In this document: positions 29,373 through 38,143 of the stretch, in pieces
Numbering within the stretch: the first letter of the stretch is position 1
Layout of the letters: the number at the start of each line of letters is the position of its first letter
Origin: Ilumatobacteraceae bacterium
Lineage (GTDB): Bacteria; Actinomycetota; Acidimicrobiia; Acidimicrobiales; Ilumatobacteraceae
DNA: 64,000 bases
Direction of reading: 5' to 3'
Assembly (NCBI GenBank): GCA_040401815.1
Contig: JBBANT010000001.1
Location: 34,521-98,520, forward strand
Translations under genes and position numbers: made by a program
Notes under the pieces: generated by a model
What the model saw: the letters and a program-made list of their open reading frames with translations, nothing else
The model's database searches: none
What the model was told of the DNA's origin: nothing

Positions 29373-31079
29373 ATGACAACACCAGCAGGTCTTTCCTGGA
29401 ACGATGCGATTGCCGCGGTGCACTCTCCCGGCCAGATGTTCGAACTAGTCGATGCCGAAGTGCGCGGGGTAAAGATGGCGGTGTTTAAGCACGCGCCAGC
29501 CAACCTCACCCAAATTTTCGGCTTGGCTCGCGGGCACGGCGACAAAGACTTCCTCGTGTATGAAGGTGAACGCTGGTCGTTTGCCAAAACGTTCGAGCAG
29601 GTGGACGCCCTGGCCCACCGTTTGGTCAATGTATATGGCATCAACAAAGGCGATCGGGTGGCCATTGCCATGCGCAACTACCCCGAGTGGGCAATGGCCT
29701 TTGCCGGCATTGTGATTGCCGGTGGTGTGTCAGTGTCGATGAACTCGTGGTGGACCGAAGACGAAACCGACTACGCGCTGCGCGACTCGGGTGCCAAGGT
29801 GCTCATCTGTGACGACCAACGATTTGAAAATGCTCGCAAGACGTGTGCCGATCTTGGCATTCATGTGTTGCTGGTGCGTTCTGAGTTGCCGTCGTCAGCC
29901 GGCCACGACCGTTGGGAAACCGCGCTCGAACTCGGGGCGCCAGCACCCGACGTGCAAGTGACAGCCGACGACGACGCCACCATTTTGTACACCTCGGGCA
30001 CCACCGGGCGCCCGAAAGGTGCGGTGTCAACGCATCGCGCGGTGATTAGTGCGTTGATGGCGTTTTCAGCACGACAGGCAATCGAAGGTGTGCGCGCGAC
30101 AGTAAAGCCTGAGCCCGATCCGTTTCCGCCGTCGTTCATTTTGATTGTGCCGTTGTTTCACGTAACGGGTTGTGTCGCGGTGTTGATGAGTTGTTTTGTG
30201 GCGGGCCTCAAATTGGTGATTATGTACAAATGGGATGCCGGCAAGGCGCTCGAAATTATCGAGCGCGAACAAATCACCAACTTCATCGGTGTGCCCACCC
30301 AAAGTTGGGACCTCGTCAACCACCCCGACTTTGCCAAGTTCGACACGTCGTCGCTGCGCTCGGTGGGTGGTGGTGGCGCACCCGCACCAGCCACGTTGGT
30401 GCACAAGGTGGCCGACAGTTTCAAAAAAGGCGGCCCACAGCTCGGCTATGGCATGACCGAAACCAATGCGTTTGGCCCCGGCAACCGTGGTAACGACTAC
30501 GTGTCGCACCCGACCAGCACCGGCCGTTGTGCGCCACCGATGTTGGTAGAGATTCGCGACGACAACTTGGTAGCTCTTCCAGCGGGCAAGACCGGGGAAA
30601 TTTGGATGTTTGGCCCGATGCTCATTCGTGGCTACTGGAACAAGCCTGAGGCCACCGCCGAAACGATTGTCGATGGTTGGTTGCGCTCGGGCGACATTGG
30701 GCGCATGGATGACGAGGGCTTCCTCTACATCGAAGATCGCGCCAAGGACATGATTCTGCGCGCAGGCGAAAACGTGTATGGCGCCGAGGTAGAGCACGCC
30801 ATTTATGAGCACCCCGCCGTGCACGAAGCAGCCGTGTTCGGCGTGCCGCACGAGCGTCTCGGCGAAGAAGTCGCCGTGGCGTTATATGCCAAAGTGGGCC
30901 AGCGCATTACGCCAACCGAATTGTGGAACTTTCTCGACGGCAAGATTGCTGCGTTCAAGATTCCGGCCCACGTGGTGTTGATGAGCGAGCCGTTGCCGCG
31001 AAACGCCGCAGGCAAGTTCTTGAAGCGCGAATTGCGTGAACAAATCGTGAACGGCACCCTGAAAGCTGACCGCCGCTAG
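29373..31079 (+). CDS. AMP-dependent acyl-CoA synthetase/ligase (FadD-like)
   Basis: ILYTSGTTGRPKG AMP-binding motif, GYGMTE, and ...SGDIGRMDDEGFLYIEDRAKD. A GAGGGGG Shine-Dalgarno sequence lies upstream of the ATG at 29373. Confidence 0.9.
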   Translation: MTTPAGLSWNDAIAAVHSPGQMFELVDAEVRGVKMAVFKHAPANLTQIFGLARGHGDKDFLVYEGERWSFAKTFEQVDALAHRLVNVYGINKGDRVAIAMRNYPEWAMAFAGIVIAGGVSVSMNSWWTEDETDYALRDSGAKVLICDDQRFENARKTCADLGIHVLLVRSELPSSAGHDRWETALELGAPAPDVQVTADDDATILYTSGTTGRPKGAVSTHRAVISALMAFSARQAIEGVRATVKPEPDPFPPSFILIVPLFHVTGCVAVLMSCFVAGLKLVIMYKWDAGKALEIIEREQITNFIGVPTQSWDLVNHPDFAKFDTSSLRSVGGGGAPAPATLVHKVADSFKKGGPQLGYGMTETNAFGPGNRGNDYVSHPTSTGRCAPPMLVEIRDDNLVALPAGKTGEIWMFGPMLIRGYWNKPEATAETIVDGWLRSGDIGRMDDEGFLYIEDRAKDMILRAGENVYGAEVEHAIYEHPAVHEAAVFGVPHERLGEEVAVALYAKVGQRITPTELWNFLDGKIAAFKIPAHVVLMSEPLPRNAAGKFLKRELREQIVNGTLKADRR

Positions 31080-31199
31080 GGCATTTCAGCCCCTTTGTAA
31101 AAACACTAGGTTTGGTGCCGTTGGGGCACATGTGGCACTTGGCGCACACCCGTCAACTATCTTGGCGTCTGATGGTTTTTGGTGTTGTGAGCCCAATGC

Positions 31200-31715
31200 A
31201 TGGCATGTCGCATGAGTGACCCGTTTACCATCGCATTGTGGTGCGCCGACACCACTCGTTTTGCATCAATGGTTGCGTCGCACTTGCTGACCGAAGGCAT
31301 TCACGCCGCCAACAACGGCCGAATCGAGAATCGCTTACCCGTCGTTGTCGGGGTGGCCAACACTCGTCGCTGGCCTGTGCTTGCTCGCACGGTTGCGGCC
31401 CGTGGCGTGATTCGTGCTCGCACGCCGCACATCACCACCGTGCGCCAGCACCATTATCTGCTCACTGTGGTGAGTGGTGCATCGGTGGATTCAGGCGGGG
31501 TGCCGCGGGCAGCAGTAGCGGCGCGGGTGATTGAAGCCCACAAGTTGGTGATGGCACTCGAGGCGGTAACCCCAAGCGAATTGAGTGGTGAGCAACTCGT
31601 TAATGTGTTTGCGTCAGTGGCTCAGCAGCCAGTGAACATTCGGGTGAGCAAAGAAGTTGATGTCATGCACGTTGCCGACAGCTGTCAGCGACTGGTGAGC
31701 GCTCTGGCTCGATGA
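31200..31715 (+). CDS. Hypothetical protein
   Basis: A 171-aa ORF with no recognisable motif. The start may be the ATG at 31212 (MSDPF). Coding status is not proven. Confidence 0.4.
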   Translation: MACRMSDPFTIALWCADTTRFASMVASHLLTEGIHAANNGRIENRLPVVVGVANTRRWPVLARTVAARGVIRARTPHITTVRQHHYLLTVVSGASVDSGGVPRAAVAARVIEAHKLVMALEAVTPSELSGEQLVNVFASVAQQPVNIRVSKEVDVMHVADSCQRLVSALAR

Positions 31716-31716
31716 C

Positions 31717-31980
31717 TTAGCGCTTTGAGCGCTTGGCTTCCACAAGATCTGCGAGGCGACACTTCAACACCACACTCAAGCGGGTGAGGGTGTCGAGTGA
31801 CGGCGAGAAGTGGCCGTTTTCAATTCTGTTAATAGTTTTGCGATCCACACCGGCCAGTTCGGCCAAGCGAGCCTGTGAAAAGCCGCGCTCCGCGCGCAAT
31901 GCCACGAGTCGATCAGCCACGGTTTGCGCCGAGAGCGATGAGGCTTTTTTGAGTTGTGCTGTGAGCGTTTTTGCTTTCAT
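31717..31980 (-). CDS. XRE-family helix-turn-helix transcriptional regulator
   Basis: LRAERGFSQARLAELAGVDRKTINRIENGHFSPSLDTL is a canonical Cro/C1 HTH. Confidence 0.88.
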   Translation of the reverse strand: MKAKTLTAQLKKASSLSAQTVADRLVALRAERGFSQARLAELAGVDRKTINRIENGHFSPSLDTLTRLSVVLKCRLADLVEAKRSKR

Positions 31981-32072
31981 AATCGGGGCCCTTTCACGTA
32001 TCTGAGAATTTATAACCTAGTGCGCTCACGGTGGCTTTCTGGATGATTGCCACCATCTAGGGTGATGAAGTC

Positions 32073-33065
32073 GTGAAACCTGCCACGCTGCACGCCGTCA
32101 CCATCGGCAATGCCATGGTCGACATCATCGCGTCGGTGGATGAGGAATTTCTTTCTAAGCACAATCTCACGAAAGCATCAATGATGCTGGTGGATAACGA
32201 GCGCTCGGCATTCCTGCGCTCACAAATTGCCCCCAATGTGATGTCGAGCGGCGGCTCGGTGGCCAACACCAGCCACGGTTTGGCGAGCCTCGGTGGTCGG
32301 GCCGGCTTTATCGGCAAGATCGCCGACGATGATTTGGGCGGAGTGTTCTCCAACGACCTCCGCGAGGCCGGGGTGTCGTTTTTTCCGGCACCCAAAGACC
32401 ACGGGCTGCCCACCGGCCGCTGTGTCATCGTGGTCACCCCCGACGGCCAGCGCACCATGAACACCTACCTTGGGGCCGGCGCGGTGTTGTGCCCAGCTGA
32501 TGTCTCTAAGCCAGCGGTGCAAAGCGCCGAGTGGGTGTTGCTCGAGGGCTATTTATATGACAAAGACGACGCCAAAGAGGCCTTCCGGGTAGCCGCGCAA
32601 TATGCCCACGAGGCCGGGCGCAAAGTGGCGCTCACGTTATCGGATTCGTTTTGCGTGCAGCGGCATCACGGCGATTTTCACGCCTTGGTGTGTGACGACG
32701 TGGATTTGTTGTTTGCCAACGAGCACGAACTTGCGGTGTTGTTTGGCACCGACGACTTTGCGGCATCGGTGCAGGTGCTGCGCGACAAGTGCCCGCTGGC
32801 GGTCGTGACCCGCAGCAAACAGGGCAGTGTTGTGATCACCGCCGACGACTACATCGAAGTGCCGGCGTTGCCTGTTGACCCGATCATTGATGCCACCGGG
32901 GCAGGCGACATGTATGCCGCTGGGTTTTTATATGGGCTTACCCACGGCAAATCACTCGAGCAGAGTGCTGAAATTGGCACCATTTGTGCTGCCGAAGTCA
33001 TCATGCATATGGGCCCGCGCCCGCAGGTGGCGTTGGCGTCGTTGTTGCCCGAAGATTTGCGCTAA
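32073..33065 (+). CDS. PfkB-family carbohydrate/nucleoside kinase (adenosine kinase-like)
   Basis: IGNAMVDI N-terminus, GGSVANT, and DATGAGDMYAAGFLYG in the ATP-binding motif. GTG start. Confidence 0.85.
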   Translation: MKPATLHAVTIGNAMVDIIASVDEEFLSKHNLTKASMMLVDNERSAFLRSQIAPNVMSSGGSVANTSHGLASLGGRAGFIGKIADDDLGGVFSNDLREAGVSFFPAPKDHGLPTGRCVIVVTPDGQRTMNTYLGAGAVLCPADVSKPAVQSAEWVLLEGYLYDKDDAKEAFRVAAQYAHEAGRKVALTLSDSFCVQRHHGDFHALVCDDVDLLFANEHELAVLFGTDDFAASVQVLRDKCPLAVVTRSKQGSVVITADDYIEVPALPVDPIIDATGAGDMYAAGFLYGLTHGKSLEQSAEIGTICAAEVIMHMGPRPQVALASLLPEDLR

Positions 33066-33094
33066 TTCGTGCGCCCAAGCCGCGGGTGGCTGCG

Positions 33095-33703
33095 TTATTT
33101 GTCGTCGTCGGCGGGGTGGTAGGCGAACTGCAGGTCGCCCAACTTCACCAGCGTCGACGCCACCCATCCACCAAGCGAACCAAAGTGCTGGTCGAGTGTG
33201 GCATTGGTGCCGTCGGCCAGAGTTTCTTCCGACAATTCGTAGGCGCCTTGATACACGATTTCGGCCGCATGATCGATAGGGCGTTTCACGTTGGCGGTGG
33301 TGATGGTTTCGCTGCTGATGCTTTCGCGATTGAGTTGTTGGTTGCCCAGACGTGGGCTAGTCAACGGCGCAACACCCGCGATCTGCGTGGCATCGGGCAA
33401 GGTGGCCAGCCGCTGCAGGCGAAACACGATTTCCATTTCAATAAGTGGTGATTCGTGAAAAATCTCATCGACATACCACGCGCGATACGTGGCCTGGCTC
33501 CACGATGGCCAGGTGAAGGTGATGTGCGCAACCACTCGCGGTGGTTGGCCTTCGCCGGGCAGGCCATAACTGGTGGCCCATACCAAGTCGCCGAGCAGCA
33601 CGTCGGAATGCAGGTGTTCTTCAAAGGCTTGGCGTTCGAGAAACGCGTTGGTGAATGCATCGCGCAATGCCCCGATTGCATCGGTAAACACGTGGTCGAG
33701 CAC
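33095..33703 (-). CDS. Hypothetical protein (acidic, 202 aa)
   Basis: A clean ORF divergent from the enoyl-CoA hydratase gene. No family was recognised. Confidence 0.5.
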   Translation of the reverse strand: MLDHVFTDAIGALRDAFTNAFLERQAFEEHLHSDVLLGDLVWATSYGLPGEGQPPRVVAHITFTWPSWSQATYRAWYVDEIFHESPLIEMEIVFRLQRLATLPDATQIAGVAPLTSPRLGNQQLNRESISSETITTANVKRPIDHAAEIVYQGAYELSEETLADGTNATLDQHFGSLGGWVASTLVKLGDLQFAYHPADDDK

Positions 33704-33737
33704 GAAATCACGCTACCTGTGTGCGAGAATCTCGGGT

Positions 33738-34490
33738 ATGGCGATGGTCATCTACGAAGTGAGCGATGGCATTGCCACGCTCACCCTCAACAACCCGCAA
33801 GAGCGCAACTCGATGACTGCCGACATGGTGGCCGAAATAGTTACTGCGATGGATGCCGCCGAAAGCGACCCCAACGTGCGGGTGGTGATCGTGACGGGCG
33901 CGGCACCGGCATTTTGCGCAGGCGCCAACCTGGGCAATTTGGCCGAAGCCACACGCGAGTCGCTGCTGGATATTTACGAGGGGTTCTTGCGTGTGGCCCG
34001 CAGCCCGTTGCCGACCATCGCTGCGGTCAATGGCGCAGCAGTTGGTGCAGGCATGAACCTGGCCTTGGGGTGTGATGTGCGCATCGCGGCCAAGAGTGCC
34101 AAGTTTGATTCACGCTTTTTGCAGTTGGGCCTGCACCCGGGTGGTGGCAACACGTGGATGCAGTTGCGCATTGCCGGCCTGCAAACCGCCATGGCGAGCG
34201 TCGCCTTTGGCGAAGTGCTCGACGGCGAGGCTGCATTGCGCGCCGGCTTGGTGTGGAAGTGCGTCGATGACGATGCACTCATGCCCACGGCGCGCGAGTT
34301 TGCGGCCAAGGCGGCAGCCGCACCCAAAGAGTTGCTCGTGTCAATCAAAAAAACAGTGATTGATATTGGGGCAGTGCCCACCCACACCGAAGCAGTGGAA
34401 TTCGAACTCGGCCCACAGGTGTGGTCGACGCGTCAACCGTGGTTTCGCGAACGCTTGGCTGCGCTGCAAGCCAAAATCTCGAAGCGCTAG
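33738..34490 (+). CDS. Enoyl-CoA hydratase/isomerase family protein
   Basis: VIYEVSDGIATLTLNNPQERNSM...VVIVTGAAPAFCAGANL...IAAVNGAAVGAGMNLALGCD. The ATG is at 33738. Confidence 0.9.
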   Translation: MAMVIYEVSDGIATLTLNNPQERNSMTADMVAEIVTAMDAAESDPNVRVVIVTGAAPAFCAGANLGNLAEATRESLLDIYEGFLRVARSPLPTIAAVNGAAVGAGMNLALGCDVRIAAKSAKFDSRFLQLGLHPGGGNTWMQLRIAGLQTAMASVAFGEVLDGEAALRAGLVWKCVDDDALMPTAREFAAKAAAAPKELLVSIKKTVIDIGAVPTHTEAVEFELGPQVWSTRQPWFRERLAALQAKISKR

Positions 34491-34501
34491 CTGCAATCCG
34501 C

Positions 34502-34580
34502 GAGATACTCGTCGGGTTTCCCTCTCTTGAGTAGTGAGACACATAAGGGATACCCCTAATATGCAGTCACGAGTATTCTC
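34502..34580. repeat. Nested imperfect inverted repeat (about 80 nt) between the enoyl-CoA hydratase stop and the first LuxR gene
   Basis: The outer arms are GAGATACTCGT (34502-34512) and ACGAGTATTCTC (34569-34580), giving 11 bp with one bulge. The inner arms are GGGTTTCCCT (34514-34523) and AGGGATACCC (34546-34555), pairing 9 of 10. Confidence 0.6.
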
Positions 34581-34610
34581 TGGGTGGAAGCCGATAGCTG
34601 CTTCGCAATC

Positions 34611-35342
34611 ATGCCGAAGAGCCCCACAACATCCCCACATGTAATGTTCGCCGGCTTAGAGGCAGGGGTGGCCGCCGCAGTCAAGTTGTGGTTGACGCGC
34701 AGCGAGGGAATCTCTGTAGATGTCATTGATCGGGTTCCAGAACGGCGGTCGCAGTTGCCCAAGAGTCTGGGGAATGTGACGGTGCTGGCGCTACCGCAGA
34801 AGTATTGGAGTACCCACACGCAGGAGTTGATGAATGCCAGCTTTTTTCCCGGAATTCCCGTAATCCTCACCTGCGACCGGGGCACATCGGGAAATGCAAA
34901 AGCGGCTCGTGGGAATAAAGCAGACAACCAGACGTTTTTGTTTGAGTTGAAGCCCAGCAATATGGAAAAGCTTCCCCACCTTTTAGGGGAGCTTCACCAG
35001 GTAAGCCGTAGGCGTTGGTCGAACTGGAAGACAAGCCCTGAACCACGCAATGGCGAGGCAGAGGACTTGACAGATAAAGAACTACAAGTGCTCACGTGTA
35101 TTGCTCGCGGGTATTCCAATTGGGCAATTGCCACTGAGCTACAAGTGTCAGAAAAGTCGGTGGAGGCCAAACTGACTTCCATTTACGAAAAACTGAGTTT
35201 GCAGACGGATGCTAAGCAGTTGAATCTTCGAGTTGCTGCAGCGTTGCATTTTTATGGCTTGGATACCCGCAGGGGGGGTAGAGCGAGTTCTGAGTCTTCT
35301 TCTTCAGTTAGGGTGAAACTCACTACAACCAAGCTCGGCTGA
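34611..35342 (+). CDS. LuxR/FixJ-type HTH regulator with an aspartate-less receiver-like N-domain (copy 1 of a tandem pair)
   Basis: The C-terminal HTH reads LTDKELQVLTCIARGYSNWAIATELQVSEKSVEAKLTSIYEKL. The N-domain has a receiver-like beta/alpha pattern (PVILTC, FLFELKP) but AG and ALP where the acidic pocket and phospho-Asp would be. Confidence 0.8.
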   Translation: MPKSPTTSPHVMFAGLEAGVAAAVKLWLTRSEGISVDVIDRVPERRSQLPKSLGNVTVLALPQKYWSTHTQELMNASFFPGIPVILTCDRGTSGNAKAARGNKADNQTFLFELKPSNMEKLPHLLGELHQVSRRRWSNWKTSPEPRNGEAEDLTDKELQVLTCIARGYSNWAIATELQVSEKSVEAKLTSIYEKLSLQTDAKQLNLRVAAALHFYGLDTRRGGRASSESSSSVRVKLTTTKLG

Positions 35343-35387
35343 GTTCTTCGGCACGCGCCCCCACTCTTAGGATGAGGTTTCGCAATC

Positions 35388-36068
35388 GTGCCGAAGATTG
35401 CCGAAACTTTCCCGCATGTAATGATTGCCGGCTTGGAGCCGCGGGTAGCCGCAACGGTGAAGTTGTGGTTGACGCGTAGCGAGGGAATCTCTGTAGATGT
35501 TATTGAGCAGGTTCCAGAGCAGCGGTCACAGTTGCCCAAGAGTCTGGGGAATGTGACGGTGCTGGCACTGCCACAGCAGTATTGGAGCACCCGCACACAG
35601 GAGTTGATGAACGCCAGTTTCTTCCCCGGAATTCCCGTGATGCTTATTTATGATCAGTCCACATCACCAGTAGCAAAAACCATTCGTGGGCATAAAGCAG
35701 ACGGCCAGACGTTTTTGTTTGAAATGAAGCCCAGCAATATGGAAAAACTTCCGCATCTTTTGGGCCAGCTTCACCAGGTAAGCCTCAGGCGTAGGTCGGA
35801 CTGGAAGCTGAGCCCGGAACTACGCACTGGCGACGGAAAGGACTTGTCAGACAACGAACTACAAGTGTTCACTTGTATTGCCCGCGGATACTCGAATTGG
35901 GCGACAGCAAAAGAGATGAGAGTGTCAGAAAAGTTTGTAGAAGCCAAACTGACTTGCATTTACGAAAAACTGAACCTTCAGAGTGATGCCAAGCGACCAA
36001 ATCTTCGCGTTGCGGCAGTCCTGCACTTTTATGGCTTGGCCTGGGGGCCTAGAGCCAGTCGCGGCTGA
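35388..36068 (+). CDS. LuxR/FixJ-type HTH regulator with an aspartate-less receiver-like N-domain (copy 2 of a tandem pair)
   Basis: It is a paralogue of the preceding gene along its whole length (LSDNELQVFTCIARGYSNWATAKEMRVSEKFVEAKLTCIYEKL). The GTG start is homologous to the ATG of copy 1. The 3' end overlaps the convergent GNAT gene by 20 nt. Confidence 0.8.
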   Translation: MPKIAETFPHVMIAGLEPRVAATVKLWLTRSEGISVDVIEQVPEQRSQLPKSLGNVTVLALPQQYWSTRTQELMNASFFPGIPVMLIYDQSTSPVAKTIRGHKADGQTFLFEMKPSNMEKLPHLLGQLHQVSLRRRSDWKLSPELRTGDGKDLSDNELQVFTCIARGYSNWATAKEMRVSEKFVEAKLTCIYEKLNLQSDAKRPNLRVAAVLHFYGLAWGPRASRG

Positions 36069-36717
36069 GTTGTTCGGCGCGAATATCCCACTCTTCGGTG
36101 GTGAAGCCGAAGCGATCGTGGTCTTCCCACACACCGTTGATTTCTAAAAATCGCTCGGCGCGGCCCTCGTAGCGCCACTCAAGTTTGTGCACCACGCGCA
36201 GGCTGTTGGCATTGCGCGGGATAATGCAAATTTCTAGGCGATGCAAACGCAGTTGCTCGAAAGCAAAACGGGTAACGACGGCAACTGCTTCGGGCACATA
36301 GCCATGCCCGGCCTTGGCGTGGTCAACCCAGTAGCCAACCGTGGCCGACTGCATCGAACCACGAGTCACACCGTTGAGGTTGACTTCGCCACAAAGCATT
36401 GAGTCGATGAAAATGCCGAAGCTGTAGGCGTTGCCAGCCGCGCGCTCGCGTTCGCGCACCACACAGCGCCGCTCGAATGCTTCGGCGTTGTAGGCAGGGT
36501 CGACAGCAGCGGCTGGGCGCAGTGGTTCCCAATCGGTGAGCCAGCGACCATTGCGAATGCGCACCTCGCTGAACGCTGCAAAGTCGTTGGCTGCGAGCGG
36601 GCGCAACATCACGCGGCGCCCATGCAAACGCAACGCACTGCTGAGCCCAGCAGGGTGCACGACACGTTGATCAGAGCGTTGCTCAGCACGTTGACGCGGT
36701 GTGGCCGACGGCTTCAT
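36049..36717 (-). CDS. GNAT N-acetyltransferase, RimJ/RimL-like
   Basis: GRRVMLRPLAANDF...WLTDWEP...GYWVDHAKAGHGYVPEAV...LHRLEICIIPRNANS. It makes an ATGA overlap with ppx. Confidence 0.85.
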   Translation of the reverse strand: MKPSATPRQRAEQRSDQRVVHPAGLSSALRLHGRRVMLRPLAANDFAAFSEVRIRNGRWLTDWEPLRPAAAVDPAYNAEAFERRCVVRERERAAGNAYSFGIFIDSMLCGEVNLNGVTRGSMQSATVGYWVDHAKAGHGYVPEAVAVVTRFAFEQLRLHRLEICIIPRNANSLRVVHKLEWRYEGRAERFLEINGVWEDHDRFGFTTEEWDIRAEQLSRDWL

Positions 36718-37664
36718 GCGTTACCTGTTGAGGTCGTGCCGGCACGCATTTCGGCCACCAGACCGTCGAGCAAATTGTGGGTGCTCACGATGATGTGGTC
36801 AAGATGAAGTCGTCGCATGATGGCAACCAGCAAGCAACAGCCTGCCACGATTACCCCCGCGCGTTCCAGCGCAAGCCCCGGGTTGTGCACTCGTTGAGCA
36901 AACGTTTCAGTGGCCAGGGTGCGAAACACGTCTTCGGCGGCGGCCCGAGTGAGCACCATGCCGTGCAAACGGCTGGCATCATAGGCACGCAAGCCCAGTT
37001 CGACTGCGGCGATGGTCACGATGCTGCTGGCCACACCCACCACACGGCTGGCTTCGCCAAGAGCAGGGTGTTCGATCACCGCGTTGTCGACCGCGTCAGC
37101 CATGATCGAAATGGCATTGGCGAGTTCTTCGGCGCGAGGCGGGTCGCTGTGCAATTCGGCTTCGGTGTGGGTCACCACGCCATACGGCAGCGACACACTG
37201 TTGCGCACGACGGCATCACCATCGCGCGTGTCGCCGATGGTGAGTTCGGTAGAAGCACCGCCAATGTCGACCACCATCGTGACGCCGTCAATGGGTGGCA
37301 GGCTCGCCACTGCGCCTTGCCATGCCAATCGTGCCTCGTCGCTGGTCGACAACAACCGTGGGTGCACACCCGTGATGCTGTGCACCTGGGCAAAAAAATC
37401 AGCAGTGTTGGCGGCCATACGACACGCCGCGGTGCCGGTGATGGCCAGTTGTGCTGCGTGTTGGCGCACCAGAGCCGAATATTGCGTGATCACAGCCAAC
37501 GTGCGCGACATTGCCGCAGCAGTAAGCACGCCACTTGCTCCCAGACCTTCGCCGAGCGCGGTGACATTTACTTCGCGCACCAGTTCCACCCCGTCGGCAT
37601 CGACAATCAACAAGTTGGTGGAGTTCGACCCAATATCAATGGCGGCAAATGCTGTGTTCGTCAT
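36714..37664 (-). CDS. ppx: Ppx/GppA-family exopolyphosphatase
   Basis: FAAIDIGSNSTNLLIV and VDIGGASTEL motifs are present. The ATG at 37664 overlaps the DUF501 stop. Confidence 0.9.
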   Translation of the reverse strand: MTNTAFAAIDIGSNSTNLLIVDADGVELVREVNVTALGEGLGASGVLTAAAMSRTLAVITQYSALVRQHAAQLAITGTAACRMAANTADFFAQVHSITGVHPRLLSTSDEARLAWQGAVASLPPIDGVTMVVDIGGASTELTIGDTRDGDAVVRNSVSLPYGVVTHTEAELHSDPPRAEELANAISIMADAVDNAVIEHPALGEASRVVGVASSIVTIAAVELGLRAYDASRLHGMVLTRAAAEDVFRTLATETFAQRVHNPGLALERAGVIVAGCCLLVAIMRRLHLDHIIVSTHNLLDGLVAEMRAGTTSTGNA

Positions 37665-38143
37665 GATGCGAGCCTCGCGGCCACCCAGCGGCCCACTGGG
37701 TCGTCGTTGCCCACCAACCAACTGGCGTAGTGCGCATGCAAACACTTCACGCCGCGCCGGGTGCCAGCCACACCGCCGTAGGGGCGAGGGCCTGAATGCT
37801 CGGCCAAGATGTGGGCGTCGCGTTCGGTGGCATAGGCGGCGTGGGCTGCCAGCAATTCGTCGGCGTTTACCTCGGCTTCGGCAGTGTTCACGCCACCAGC
37901 GGCTTCGAGCCGAGACACTGCAGCAACATCGGCTGGGTCAACCAACCAATAGCGCGTGGGCATCGGGGTGCCGTCGTGCAGCAACGGTGCATTGCGCACT
38001 ACGCGCGGGTGGCCGTTGGGGTGGCGCAGCACCACGGTGAAGTCGCCTTGCGGGCGACGCCCCAACAGTGCGGTGACCTGCTCGACATCGAGCGCAGTTG
38101 CTGATTCAGCGGAAGATAACAATGCCAGCCACCACCGCAGCAA
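37661..38143 (-). CDS. DUF501 domain protein
   Basis: LLGRRPQGDF...PMPTRYWLVDP...GGVAGTRRGVKCLHAH is typical of DUF501 proteins found upstream of ppx in actinobacteria. The start is uncertain: the ORF-track start is a TTG that overlaps coxG. Confidence 0.8.
   Translation of the reverse strand: MLRWWLALLSSAESATALDVEQVTALLGRRPQGDFTVVLRHPNGHPRVVRNAPLLHDGTPMPTRYWLVDPADVAAVSRLEAAGGVNTAEAEVNADELLAAHAAYATERDAHILAEHSGPRPYGGVAGTRRGVKCLHAHYASWLVGNDDPVGRWVAARLAS

Noticed and set aside
29231-31079. Considered tRNA-Ala as an integration site for a genomic island.
   Set aside because: No integrase, no visible direct repeat of the tRNA 3' end and no GC shift lie downstream. The next gene is an ordinary acyl-CoA ligase.
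34556-35596. Two minus-strand ORFs (34556-34960 and 35252-35596) that share a near-identical peptide segment.
   Set aside because: The similarity only mirrors the tandem duplication of the LuxR genes on the plus strand. Neither ORF has motifs of its own.
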